A stretch of DNA of 38,470 bases, taken from Nemertoderma westbladi. Its lineage: Eukaryota; Animalia; Xenacoelomorpha. Within the stretch, counting starts at the first letter, position 1. Every line of letters begins with the position of its first letter. Shown piece by piece: positions 10,772 through 21,276 of the stretch. The notes under the pieces were generated by a model. It searched no databases. It was given only the letters and a program-made list of their open reading frames with translations, and was not told where the DNA came from. Location of the stretch: assembly GCA_032718475.1 (NCBI GenBank), contig JAUCBJ010000196.1, positions 1 through 38,470 of the forward strand, in the 5' to 3' direction. The translations under genes were made by a program, and so were the position numbers.

Positions 10772-11285
10772 TTTGCGATTTACGCTACTGTTAAAGGGAC
10801 ATCACGCTACTATATGTATTATTTGTTATAAGGTAGAAGAGCAATATCGCACGAAGCAATGTCAGTGTGAAGAGGCAAGTCGTTTCCAAGGTCTACCCAG
10901 AGCTTGGTTTAGCCGAGACACGAGGATCTGAACTTTGCATTCCTAATACTCTGCCTACCAATAATACTTGAATATAGTAGTGGCTTTATTGTACTTTAAG
11001 AAGTACGGACATTTCATCTTACTGTAGTCACGTATTTATAATATGATACGGACAGTAAGGGAAGAGAAAAATAATTATTTCTCGCCGTCGCACTAAATAT
11101 ATTATAGTAATTATGTACGTAATAAACACTAATATATTGCACTAATCTACTAAATAATCCCTAAAATAACATTCTACTAAATAAAAATTGAATAAAAACG
11201 ATTATAATAAAGTACATAATAAAGTTCGCATATAAAATGTAATAAAATAGATAAATAACATAGTCATACACCCACTCCAGACGTA

Positions 11286-14200
11286 TCACGTTTGGGAGTC
11301 CCTAGATGTTTGAGGAATTAGGGAGGTGGTCGTGGGAAGAGTGTCTTGTCTTCCATAGTTTCCAGAGAGTTCTCTGTCTCTTTCCAGTAAACATAAACGA
11401 CCAACTGGGCGATTGAGTTGTTGCGTCTCAAAGATTATGCCAGGCTTCTTGAAGTTACGCCGCATAACGATGAGTTCTACTGAACGCACTAAACCATCCT
11501 CCGAGATATGGGTCTCGATGATACGACCTGTCTGCCACCGTTTACGTGGGAGGTCTGGATCTACAATAAGTACCATATCTCCGGCGCTGACGTTTTCCTG
11601 CTGCGCAAACCACTTAGTTCGAAGTTGTAGCGTGGGCAGGTAATGTTTCTCGAAATGGTCAGCGAAACGACGGGATAGCAACTGCATAAGTTGCCAAGTT
11701 CGACGGCAGTATTCGTCTCCGTCGACAATCTCCGATCGTGGGAGCATGGCTACCGGTTTCTTCAGTAAGAAGTGCGCAGGTGTTAGCGCTTCCAGGGAAT
11801 CGGGACTCGATGAGACTGGCATAAGCGGTCTCTCGTTGAGATAGGCAGCTATTTCCTCCATTAACATCCGCAAAAGTTCGTCGGTGAGATACGCACGGCA
11901 TGGCACTATAAAGTGAAATGCGGTCTTAACACTTCTAATTAATCTCTCCCAACTTCCTCCCCACCAAGGGGCGTCGGCGGCGTTGAAGGTCCAGCTAGAC
12001 GCTGTTATCCTTAGCTGGTCATCCACCTGTCTTTGGTTCCAGTCCTTTACGTAAGCCTGTATTTCGTTGTTGGCACCAATGAAGTTCGTTCCCTTGTCCG
12101 ATCTCATGGTATTACTCGTACCGAAGCGAGCGATCTGTCGTCGTAGACTTAAGACGAAACTGTTGGTAGATAGATCGTTCACCATATCGAGATGGATGGC
12201 TCTGCAAGTCATGCACACGAAGATGAAACACCATCTCTTGACTATAGTCCTCGCACGATATACTTCAATAGGGCCAAATAAATCTACACCAGTATTAGTA
12301 AAAGGTGGTTCATAGAAGCTTACTCGTTCCCTAGGTAATTCTGCCTCTCGCTGTGTTAAAGGCCTACTGAATGCTTTCCTACAGGGTATGCAGTTCCTAA
12401 GAACTTGGTTCAGAGCCCTACGGGGTTTATCAAAATAATAGCGAGTTCGAATTTCGCTAAGAACTCGTTCTCTTCCAGCATGATAAAGCTTACTGTGAAC
12501 ATCTACAATCATTTTGATTTGTACTTCAAGATTTCTAATGAGTATGGGGAATTTAGTGTCAAAGGATAAGGGTGCATTGGTTAACCTTCCTCCAACACGT
12601 ATTAATCCATCTATCATTGTGCTAGAGAATCGATCCCTTAAGCGCATCTGCGGATTTCTCAACAACAGGAAATACTTTTCGGAATCCTCATAGCATTGCA
12701 GGAGTCTCAGTATCTGTTTATTAGTCTCTTCATGCTCCTGGTGACTAATTTTCTCCTTTAGAAACCGGTCTGATATCTTGTACTTCGGTAGATCTTTAAT
12801 AACATAAACTTGCGCAGATGTTACTGGAGCAGGATCACTAGTGGTCTGCTTCCTGGAGTAATGATGGTGAAAACATCTCTTTAAGTATGTGATGGCTTTA
12901 CAGAGACGATTCCAGGAACTGTAATGATGCAGTGCTCTCTGCAGCAGGGGTGAGATTCCTTGCGAGACATCTGGTATCTCAGATTTCCAATCTCTGTCTC
13001 TAATTTCCACAACAGACTTGTTTGTGGCGAGGGATTGTGGATCCGAAGTATCGTTTTCGGCAGTATGTAATACAGATAGATCGATTGTCGGTTTAAATAA
13101 TTTCGATTTACTTGTTCTAATTTTGGGTTTGACTTTTTCCGCTCCCTTGGCTTGTCTAATCTCAGCCGTAGTAAGGTGAGGAGGCCATTCATCCTCTTCC
13201 TTGCTCAGGAAGTCGGGTCCACACAACCAGTCAGGGGTATCTATCAGTTCCTGTGGAGTTGCTCCTCTGGAGGCGATGTCAGCTGGGTTAATCGTACCAG
13301 GGCAATGTCTCCATTGATCTATCGTTGTGCGACTAAGAATAATGGCCACTCTGTTAGTAACAAAGACGCTGAACTGACAGACTTGATTGGTTATATATTC
13401 CAACACAAGTAAAGCGTCGGTCCAATAAACAGTTTTCTCCAGTGGATAATCGATCTGTTCCGTTACATTCCTGCCAATAGCTGTAGCGTATAAGGCTGCT
13501 TTTAACTCCGCCCGAGGAACCTTAAGCTTGTTGTTAATCAATGCCTTAGAGGTAACCAAGGCAACTTTGATTCCATCCGGAGTTTCGACTCGCAGGTATG
13601 CTACTATACCGATTCCCATATCGCTGGCATCTCCAAATACATGGAGTTGATAGGAATACGTAGGGAGAACATGACCAAAATATGAACGGGAAATTATAAA
13701 GTTCTCGATAGCAGGTAGCGAGTCCTCCCATTTCATCCATTTCTTTAATAATTCTCCCTTGAGGGGATCGTCCCACGAGTGGTTTTCAAGCCACATTTGT
13801 TGTACTAAACTCCGAGCAATCAATATAACTGGGCTAATAAATCCCAATGGGTCGAAATAAGTGCTCAGGATACTTAAACAAATCCGTTTGGTCCGAACTG
13901 GATTATCTCGCTGTTTTAGTTGAAAAAACAGGATATCTCTTTCCGTGTCCCACTTCAAGCCTAGCGTCTTGGTTTCAGGAAGATCGTCTTTTATTAAGTC
14001 TAGGTCTTTCGCTCCGCGATCCTCTACCGGTATGGCTTCCAGAAACTCACGGGAGTTACTAGTGAATTTCGTCAGTCGAAATCCACCTCTTTTCAAACAC
14101 TCTACCGTTCCTTTCGCGACAGCTATGGCTTCTTCTACTGATGGAAGGGACCTTAAATTGTCGTCCATGTATATATTGCGTTTTATGTTGTCTATCACTT

Positions 14201-17200
14201 CTTTGGAGAAGGAGTCTCGGTTGTCGTTCGCAGTGGTTCGCACCACGGAGCAGGCGTTGGAAGGGCTAGATATGATCCCAAAAGCCTGGATGGTCATCCA
14301 GTACTCCACCGGTTTCTGGTTGAGGTCTCCTTCAGGCCACCATAGAAATCTCAGGCTGTCTCTATCTCTCTCCAGCGCCTTGACTTGTAAGAACATTCCT
14401 TCAATATCGGAAGCGAACGCGATGGAATATTGTCTTAATCTCAAAAGTATTCCCAACAAAGATTGGAGTAAATTGGGTCCTGGTAACAACTCGGAATTAA
14501 GGGATTGGCCCATATATAGGGCGGAGCCATCAAATACGACCCGTACTTCATGGGGTTTACCGGGTTTGGGAACGTAATGATGTGTTAGATAATAAGTTCT
14601 TTCAGTTATTGGAGTTCCTTCCGGTACTCGCTCCGCATATCCCTTTGTGATAAATTTCTTCAACTGAGTTTGGTACATTTCCTTAGCTGAAGTGTTTGCC
14701 GTAAGACGTCGATGTAATTGATTGATTCTTTTCTCAGCCAAGGGTCTGTTATTTATAAATCTGGGTTCACGTTTTCGGAAGGGTAGTCCGATTTCATATC
14801 TACCTTGATCTTTTAAAAAACGTGTGGTTGTTTCCTGGATTTGTTTGGCTCTTTCTTCTTCTATCGACAGGGCTTTGTCGTATGAATTGGGTTCTACTAA
14901 TTCTTGGGTAAAGAATCGTACGGCGAGTTCGTCCCGAGTTCTAGCGTTGTAGCGCTCTACCTCGTCATTAAGTTCGTCATTATAAATAATGGATTCCGTT
15001 GGGCGAATCAGTTGACATAGGTTCGTTTGGTTTTTCCAAGTCTGATTCTCTGTAAGTAGGTCAATTGTGTTCTCTTCTTCGAAGAGTTGGTAGATGTCGT
15101 CATTATCTGAGGAGTATGGTGTTCCCTCAGTTAGTTCGTCCACCTCACTGCTTTCCACTTCCCAATCGTTTACTTGATATATTTGTTCGTGAGGCATTCT
15201 CTCTTCGAGAGTTCTACGGGAAGGGCCAGTAAAGTACCAACCTACTCTAGTTCTTACCGCATAGGTTTGCAGTGATTGTGGTTGAGCAGGCCGTTTCTCT
15301 AATGTTTCGAGCGCTTCGTGCGCGTTTTGGCCGATAAGTATTTGCACTCCAGGATAATCTGTCTGGAATCGAGGTATCTTCAGATGTTGGACGCTCTCAT
15401 CTTCGTCCCAATTATAAAGGTCTGCTTGAGTAGTAGCAAAGTTCTTTATAGCCACCATTTTTACTGACCTTATGCCTTGTGTTCCTAACTTATCCTGGGG
15501 GGTGGACAACACACCTACATAGTAATCTGCCGTTAGGGTAGATTTCCATACCTGCATAATTCCTGACATATTCAATTTAGTCCGGAACTTGGGTTGTCCA
15601 GCAAAGATATCTTCGGCTAGTTCTTGATCGATGAATGTTCCTGTGCTGCCGGAGTCCAGGAGGGCGTTCACTATGTAGCTTTTGTTAAGACCGTGAACTC
15701 TTACCTGAACTACAGGAAATTCTCTGATTCCTACGTTGGAAGCTGGAGCTTTCCAAGATGGTTGTTTGGCGAAATTAGTTGGGGAAAACTCATCGTTGAT
15801 GTCCTTTTCGTAAGTAAGTGCTCGATACACCGCGGTATTTATTAGATAACAGGATTCATTGGCGTCGGAGAATTCGTCAGTATAGAATCCTTCCATCTCA
15901 GACTCTTGATCAGTGTCATTTACGTCACTAAATTGGACATGCAGTTCGGGCTCACTTACCTGACTCTGTTTGTCTCGTTCGAACTCACTGTGTAACAAGA
16001 TGTGATGTTTCGAGCCACACTTTGCACACTTTATGTCGGAGTAACAGGTTCGCCGTTGGTGTCCTGGTCTGAGGCAATTATAGCATAACCGCTTGTCCCA
16101 CACAACTGTACGTCTGTCTACAAGGGATTTCTTTAGAAATTCAGCACACGCACTCAAACGGTGTGTCCCGTCGCACAGCGCACAGTTAGGTTTGATGTTA
16201 CTCACTTTACCTTGGTTAACTTGATGCACTCTCGTTTTTTCTTCAGGTTTTCTTCGGTGCATTCTGTTCGGAGACTGAGGAAGGGTCTTGGCAATTTGTT
16301 CTCTCCTATCGTTTCGAGCCTTGTATTTACTTACGTCCTTTGAGGTTTTGTCAACATAATAAGATCGGTCTGTGTCTTTCCCGCTGTCCTCTTCTTGGGA
16401 AGCTTGGCTTTCGCCGTCGTCAGTGTAACACACCGGTGTTACTCTTCTCCTAGAAGTGGGTTTCTCACTTACCTTATTTTCTGATGTTTTCTCTCTGGAC
16501 TGCTTGATGAGTTGTAGTTTTACTTCACCATCTAAGAAAGACATGAGATCAGCCATGGTAGGACTTCGTCGTTGTTGTTCATTCATGTACAACACTTTCT
16601 TGTCCCAGCGTGTACATACTCCACCCTTTGGTAAAGTAGAGACTACGGCTCCAATAACCATGGAACTCTGATATTCATGCGACTTACCTAACCAGTCCAG
16701 TTGTCTACAGATCTCTTGAATTTCATCGGAAAACTCTATAATCCCGCTACTAAGGAAGTGTCGGGGGGCTACTAATTTTGCATACAAATACTTAGCTATG
16801 TTATCCTTGTTACCATACCTGATGTTTAGTGTATCCCAAACTTGTCTTAATCCATCTGGATGTCCAATAAACTTTAACGCCATTAACTTGGGAGGTCCTT
16901 CCAAGCACTTGATGAGGAACCTAAGTTTCTCTCCGTTAGATAGCACAGAGTTCTGTATGCTGTCTTTGTAATATTCGTTGAAAGGTAACCATTTCATTTC
17001 GTCTCCATTGAATTTGACGATCTCTCCCACTTTGACCGCTTGGCGGGCTTCTGTTCTAGCCATCTGACGCGTAAAGCTTTCTTGGGCCATCGTGTTATTT
17101 AATATCGAATTATCGGTATATAAATTTCTCGGATCATTATCAGGTCTATAGGGAATATCATTAATAACAGGTCTATAATCACCCTTAATAGGGTTTGCTA

Positions 17201-19298
17201 TAGGAGTTTCAACTTCACTAGCAGTATAGATGCGTGTAGGCTCCACACCTTGCGCATGTAATACTTCAGACCTAACAGGTTGACACAATGTTACAGGGGG
17301 GATTGGTATGCCCTTTTGTATATTGACTAATTTGTCGCGTTCTAGCGCGATACTTTGCTGCACTTCTTGCAACTCTGCTCTACCTTCCCTCACTGTTCCC
17401 TTAAGTTGGTGGACAGTCTCCTGCATCTGTCCTAGCAGGAGATTCATCCCCCGCCGTCCCTCTTCCACCCACTCAACCGCCGAAGCGGGAGTCGCCAACA
17501 TAGTAGCGGGCTGACGCGGGACGACGGGAGACAAATTATTGATTTCTCTCTCTGCTATCTGGACAGGGATATTCTCTTGGACTGTTCTACCGGGTACAGG
17601 CAGTGTAGTACTATGTAAAGGGAATTTAGAGTTAAGCTCTGGAAGTACAGGGGTCTCTAGCACAGAAGTGACTTTGGGAACAACAGGCCTAATTATTTCA
17701 GGTTCATCGACTATAGTAGGGAGCCTTTGGACCTGGATAAATCGTTCTATGGGTTCTGCACTACCTAAGTCTGTGCTAGTTAGCTGTCTTTTAACAGCTG
17801 GGGGCAAATCAGGCAATTTGCGACGGTAAGATGTTTTTCTACGCCTACTTAGATGAGATCTATTTCCTCCGCCTTCAGGATCGGTGGTCTCGCCTTCCTC
17901 CGAGGATGTGTATCCCTGGCGCTTGGGAGTAGATTTTCTCATCATCTGCATTTGATTAGCAGTAAACTGTTTATTTATACTGTCTTGTGTCTCTTGCAGA
18001 TTTTCCAACTCCAGTTGGGTAGTCTGCTCAGCGGCTCTCCGTTCTGCTTCTGCCACTGCCTTTGCTGCTTTTGCATCTGCCGCCGCTGCCTTTCTTTCTA
18101 CTTCTGCTTCTGCCATAGCCGCCGCCTTTTGTTCCTCTATCTTTCTTTTCTTTATTTGTTCTTCTCGGACTCTAGTGAGGCGGAGTTTTTCATCACATTC
18201 AGCTTGGTTTGCAGCTAACATTTCGGCATCGATTGAGTCCAACACAAGCTTGGTTCCTTCACTATTAGGGGAAAGTCCAGACAGCCGTCTCCTCAACTCT
18301 TCGTCTCCTAGGAATCGCTGATAGTCGGACAAATAAATGTCGATAGCGTCTCTAGTTCGCGGTTTCTCGGCGATCTCTTCGCTTTCCGCTTGAGAAAGGG
18401 TGACATCAGTTAGTTCTTCATAGGTTGATCTCTCAGCCAGCTGGGATTTCCACTGGGCCGTTTCCTGTACTTTGAGATCTACCCGATGTAACCAAGTTTT
18501 GACAGCAACCTGCAGCGACGTGTCCTGTCTTCTTTTGGAAGTTTCCTCAAAGGCTGAGAGGATTAGTCGAATGCGTAGGGTTCTTTCGCGTACTTGGTAT
18601 AGCAGCTCTTCCTGCTCTTGAGGTCCTTGAAGTTGTCGAAACAGTTGTTCTTCCAATCGCTCCAAGGAGCCGAAGAATCCCTGCACATATCCTGCTGCCG
18701 ACCTCTTCCAAACAGCTGGATCCATTGTATCTTCAGCCACTCCCATCCTGTGTATATCTTCCCAAGTAGCCTCGGACAGATCCAACGGGAGTCCGAGTCC
18801 GGGAAAGTTCCATTGTGACTCGACAATAGACATCAATTCTTCCCTGGCGTATCCCGCATAATTATCTTGGGTCGCTCGCTTATTCCTCGCCCAGTCGGCT
18901 TGATGTTCCTCCACCGCAATGAATATAGTAGTTAGCACTGCAGCAGGAAGGGTAAGAAGGGGGTCTGAGTAGACTGTAACAGCCATCTGCACTCCGCCTT
19001 CGGGGGTCAGCTCTACAGTATCCGAACTACTGGAGCTATCGGGTCGCTGGGAAGTAGGTTCTTGACCAAGATGTTGCTGCGATAGGACAACTGCCTCTTG
19101 GTTCCGTTTGACCTGTGCCCGAGTACCTATGATGGACCTATGGTGGATTAGCCTAGGGTCTGATACTACTGGAGGGATGACCTTTTTTGCAGTACGAGGT
19201 GAGCTGAACTCCTTTCTTAATCGCTCTATACTCCTATCTGAGTCACAGATAGTTGTATCGATCAGACTGTCTGACAGGTTTTGCTGAGTGTCAGACAT
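11286..19298 (-). CDS. BEL/Pao Gag-Pol polyprotein, 2670 aa (long N-terminal extension, Gag, three Zn knuckles, aspartic protease, RT, RNase H, integrase)
   Basis: Gag core KFNGDEMKWLPF...LSNGEKLRFL. Triple knuckle CALCDGTHRLSAC/CYNCLRPGHQRRTC/CAKCGSKHHILLH. Protease ALLDSGS. RT VRVVFDGS, SDIEGMFLQV, YMDD. RNase H LHVFGDAS, PRAEL, WTDA, NPADIASRG. Integrase HSKLYHAG..CIPC, GVDLFGP, SDKGTNF, GGSWERLIRSVK. No stops or frameshifts. Confidence 0.97.
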   Translation of the reverse strand: MSDTQQNLSDSLIDTTICDSDRSIERLRKEFSSPRTAKKVIPPVVSDPRLIHHRSIIGTRAQVKRNQEAVVLSQQHLGQEPTSQRPDSSSSSDTVELTPEGGVQMAVTVYSDPLLTLPAAVLTTIFIAVEEHQADWARNKRATQDNYAGYAREELMSIVESQWNFPGLGLPLDLSEATWEDIHRMGVAEDTMDPAVWKRSAAGYVQGFFGSLERLEEQLFRQLQGPQEQEELLYQVRERTLRIRLILSAFEETSKRRQDTSLQVAVKTWLHRVDLKVQETAQWKSQLAERSTYEELTDVTLSQAESEEIAEKPRTRDAIDIYLSDYQRFLGDEELRRRLSGLSPNSEGTKLVLDSIDAEMLAANQAECDEKLRLTRVREEQIKKRKIEEQKAAAMAEAEVERKAAAADAKAAKAVAEAERRAAEQTTQLELENLQETQDSINKQFTANQMQMMRKSTPKRQGYTSSEEGETTDPEGGGNRSHLSRRRKTSYRRKLPDLPPAVKRQLTSTDLGSAEPIERFIQVQRLPTIVDEPEIIRPVVPKVTSVLETPVLPELNSKFPLHSTTLPVPGRTVQENIPVQIAEREINNLSPVVPRQPATMLATPASAVEWVEEGRRGMNLLLGQMQETVHQLKGTVREGRAELQEVQQSIALERDKLVNIQKGIPIPPVTLCQPVRSEVLHAQGVEPTRIYTASEVETPIANPIKGDYRPVINDIPYRPDNDPRNLYTDNSILNNTMAQESFTRQMARTEARQAVKVGEIVKFNGDEMKWLPFNEYYKDSIQNSVLSNGEKLRFLIKCLEGPPKLMALKFIGHPDGLRQVWDTLNIRYGNKDNIAKYLYAKLVAPRHFLSSGIIEFSDEIQEICRQLDWLGKSHEYQSSMVIGAVVSTLPKGGVCTRWDKKVLYMNEQQRRSPTMADLMSFLDGEVKLQLIKQSREKTSENKVSEKPTSRRRVTPVCYTDDGESQASQEEDSGKDTDRSYYVDKTSKDVSKYKARNDRREQIAKTLPQSPNRMHRRKPEEKTRVHQVNQGKVSNIKPNCALCDGTHRLSACAEFLKKSLVDRRTVVWDKRLCYNCLRPGHQRRTCYSDIKCAKCGSKHHILLHSEFERDKQSQVSEPELHVQFSDVNDTDQESEMEGFYTDEFSDANESCYLINTAVYRALTYEKDINDEFSPTNFAKQPSWKAPASNVGIREFPVVQVRVHGLNKSYIVNALLDSGSTGTFIDQELAEDIFAGQPKFRTKLNMSGIMQVWKSTLTADYYVGVLSTPQDKLGTQGIRSVKMVAIKNFATTQADLYNWDEDESVQHLKIPRFQTDYPGVQILIGQNAHEALETLEKRPAQPQSLQTYAVRTRVGWYFTGPSRRTLEERMPHEQIYQVNDWEVESSEVDELTEGTPYSSDNDDIYQLFEEENTIDLLTENQTWKNQTNLCQLIRPTESIIYNDELNDEVERYNARTRDELAVRFFTQELVEPNSYDKALSIEEERAKQIQETTTRFLKDQGRYEIGLPFRKREPRFINNRPLAEKRINQLHRRLTANTSAKEMYQTQLKKFITKGYAERVPEGTPITERTYYLTHHYVPKPGKPHEVRVVFDGSALYMGQSLNSELLPGPNLLQSLLGILLRLRQYSIAFASDIEGMFLQVKALERDRDSLRFLWWPEGDLNQKPVEYWMTIQAFGIISSPSNACSVVRTTANDNRDSFSKEVIDNIKRNIYMDDNLRSLPSVEEAIAVAKGTVECLKRGGFRLTKFTSNSREFLEAIPVEDRGAKDLDLIKDDLPETKTLGLKWDTERDILFFQLKQRDNPVRTKRICLSILSTYFDPLGFISPVILIARSLVQQMWLENHSWDDPLKGELLKKWMKWEDSLPAIENFIISRSYFGHVLPTYSYQLHVFGDASDMGIGIVAYLRVETPDGIKVALVTSKALINNKLKVPRAELKAALYATAIGRNVTEQIDYPLEKTVYWTDALLVLEYITNQVCQFSVFVTNRVAIILSRTTIDQWRHCPGTINPADIASRGATPQELIDTPDWLCGPDFLSKEEDEWPPHLTTAEIRQAKGAEKVKPKIRTSKSKLFKPTIDLSVLHTAENDTSDPQSLATNKSVVEIRDRDWKSEIPDVSQGISPLLQRALHHYSSWNRLCKAITYLKRCFHHHYSRKQTTSDPAPVTSAQVYVIKDLPKYKISDRFLKEKISHQEHEETNKQILRLLQCYEDSEKYFLLLRNPQMRLRDRFSSTMIDGLIRVGGRLTNAPLSFDTKFPILIRNLEVQIKMIVDVHSKLYHAGRERVLSEIRTRYYFDKPRRALNQVLRNCIPCRKAFSRPLTQREAELPRERVSFYEPPFTNTGVDLFGPIEVYRARTIVKRWCFIFVCMTCRAIHLDMVNDLSTNSFVLSLRRQIARFGTSNTMRSDKGTNFIGANNEIQAYVKDWNQRQVDDQLRITASSWTFNAADAPWWGGSWERLIRSVKTAFHFIVPCRAYLTDELLRMLMEEIAAYLNERPLMPVSSSPDSLEALTPAHFLLKKPVAMLPRSEIVDGDEYCRRTWQLMQLLSRRFADHFEKHYLPTLQLRTKWFAQQENVSAGDMVLIVDPDLPRKRWQTGRIIETHISEDGLVRSVELIVMRRNFKKPGIIFETQQLNRPVGRLCLLERDRELSGNYGRQDTLPTTTSLIPQTSRDSQT

Positions 19299-19433
19299 GT
19301 TTAGCTATACAGTTGAATGTCTACTACTATAGTTTCAGTTAAAGCAAGTCTGGTAATTCAGTATGACCGCAAGCCTAGCGATTTATTACCGATACCGTTA
19401 CTCAGTGTAACATGATATATATACAATATATTA

Positions 19434-19684
19434 GAATACCGGTATGCTTATAATATATATAAGTATTATCACAGACTAGATTTGCTACAGAGTACCGGTA
19501 TATAATTTTAGCACAAATATATAAATATATAGTAGGCCTATAGTGAATACCGGTATACAGCTTACACTTATAGGATATATAAGTATAATTATTACAAACT
19601 AGAATTAATTACAGAATACCGGTATGATTTCAGCTCAAATTTATAGAAATAAATATAATAAGCCTATGGTAAGTACCGGTATGT
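19434..19684. repeat. Degenerate tandem repeat in the element leader, with five TACCGGTA palindromes
   Basis: TACCGGTA at 19437, 19493, 19548, 19617 and 19674. Alternate spacers resemble each other (a ~120-bp dimer repeated twice). Confidence 0.75.
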
Positions 19685-21080
19685 CAATTATTTTTAGAAT
19701 AATTGAATTTCTGAATATTTTAGGGTTACTTGGTTACTTTAACTTACTTTATTACCGTTATTTAAGCAGTAGTCCAACTGATATTGAGACCTAGTTGTTG
19801 TCTGGTAAGCCTACTATTTATAAATCGTTTGAGTTGATTTATAATAGATATATACCCGTTTAAAAAGGGTTTTTTTGTCAATATTTGAAATAAATGTTAT
19901 TATTTCTGGGGGAATCACTACACAGAAGCTGTGCGCTCTCAGTGAAGTGTTACTTATTGAGACACTAAAACTGATAATTCTAATTTACCTAAGTTACTTA
20001 ATACTACAAATTACTTACGATATGGGTGAGATTAATTCTCTAATTAAAACACAACAAAAATATTACGTACGAAATTTTTAGGGTAATTTTACAGGAAGTC
20101 TACAAACCAGCTTAACAAAGGGTTAGAATTCTGGTTATTACAACGGACAGGGTACTACGGTATTTGAAATAATAAGTAGCAGTAAATATATTGCACTGTC
20201 CAGATAGGAAAATACCACCGCCTGACGACCTATAACCGTATCGCTATAGGTACTACGTTATGTATCACGGATTGTTCCTACCTAGAAGTTAATAGAGCTA
20301 ACGAATGTGCCTATCAACCACTTTACAACACAAATATACTGCCCACACACTAATTACTTCGGACAGCACTGTACACTAAACCCTAAATTAGGTACAAGTA
20401 CCGGTATAACAAATAATCAGTAGTTAAATATACTTGAACAGTTAAAAGAACCACGGCATCTGCTGGAGTGACCGAAGCACAAAATCTCCAGTCTTTACCT
20501 ACGCCGAGCAGCCCTGATGTAGTACCGGGGTTAGTTTAACTATAACGGTATGTATAACAAGCACAATTACTGTAGGAATAAACTTGGGGACATGAATGTT
20601 GCGAATAATCGCATAAACTCTGAATAATAAATATTACGCTACCCGTACAGAATACTCAAACAAAAATGCAAACCAAACGCTGGCAGACTACTATCAAGCC
20701 TAAACAAACTACAGTATGTGCAGATTCTGAAACTGTTAGTTAGTATGCGTTCTAACACGGTAGTACGACTTATTCTTTAAGAGGGGATTGACCTTACAGC
20801 ATATGGCTGCCCCAACTTACTAACGGCACTTTATCAGACAAACTCTACACACGCCGTAATCTCTCCAAACCCAACAACAGTCAGACAGCAGCTCAGCCTA
20901 CAATTATCTGAACAATCTGAGCAGGGTCACACGCCTTCTGCTCAATATTAGCCTACTAGGAAATAAAACCGACAGAAATAGGTAAAATCTCAATAAAAAT
21001 TCAGGGCTGCAGTCCCTGATTAAGTACTAAGACCTACCGGTATACACCAATCAAATTCGAATAATACTAATGTACTGATA

Positions 21081-21209
21081 CAGCAGTACCGGTTAGGACA
21101 GTTGGGCCTACAGACCTACAGAAGTACCGGTTCTGGCAGTTGGACCTACGGACCTACAGCAGTACCGGTTCTGGCAGTTGGGCCTACTGACCTACGGAAG
21201 TACCGGTTC
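21081..21209. repeat. 38-bp tandem repeat (~3.4 units) in the leader near the primer site
   Basis: Units such as CAGCAGTACCGGTTCTGGCAGTTGGGCCTACTGACCTA start at 21081, 21119, 21157 and 21195. Confidence 0.9.
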
Positions 21210-21264
21210 AGGTTACCGGTCACTACGGTATTTTGCAACCTTATTGCCTACTGCAATAAGATCA

Positions 21265-21276
21265 ATAAACTGTTAC
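21265..21276 (-). promoter_or_regulatory. Putative self-priming primer-binding site (non-tRNA)
   Basis: Element-sense GTAACAGTTTAT abuts the 5' LTR end and lacks the TGG of tRNA PBSs. It is the perfect reverse complement of element-sense ATAAACTGTTAC at 22038-22027 in the LTR. Confidence 0.6.

Noticed and set aside
13945-14577. 210-aa antisense ORF and other small ORFs overlapping gag-pol
   Set aside because: These are shadow frames of the long coding sequence, with non-ATG starts and no motifs.
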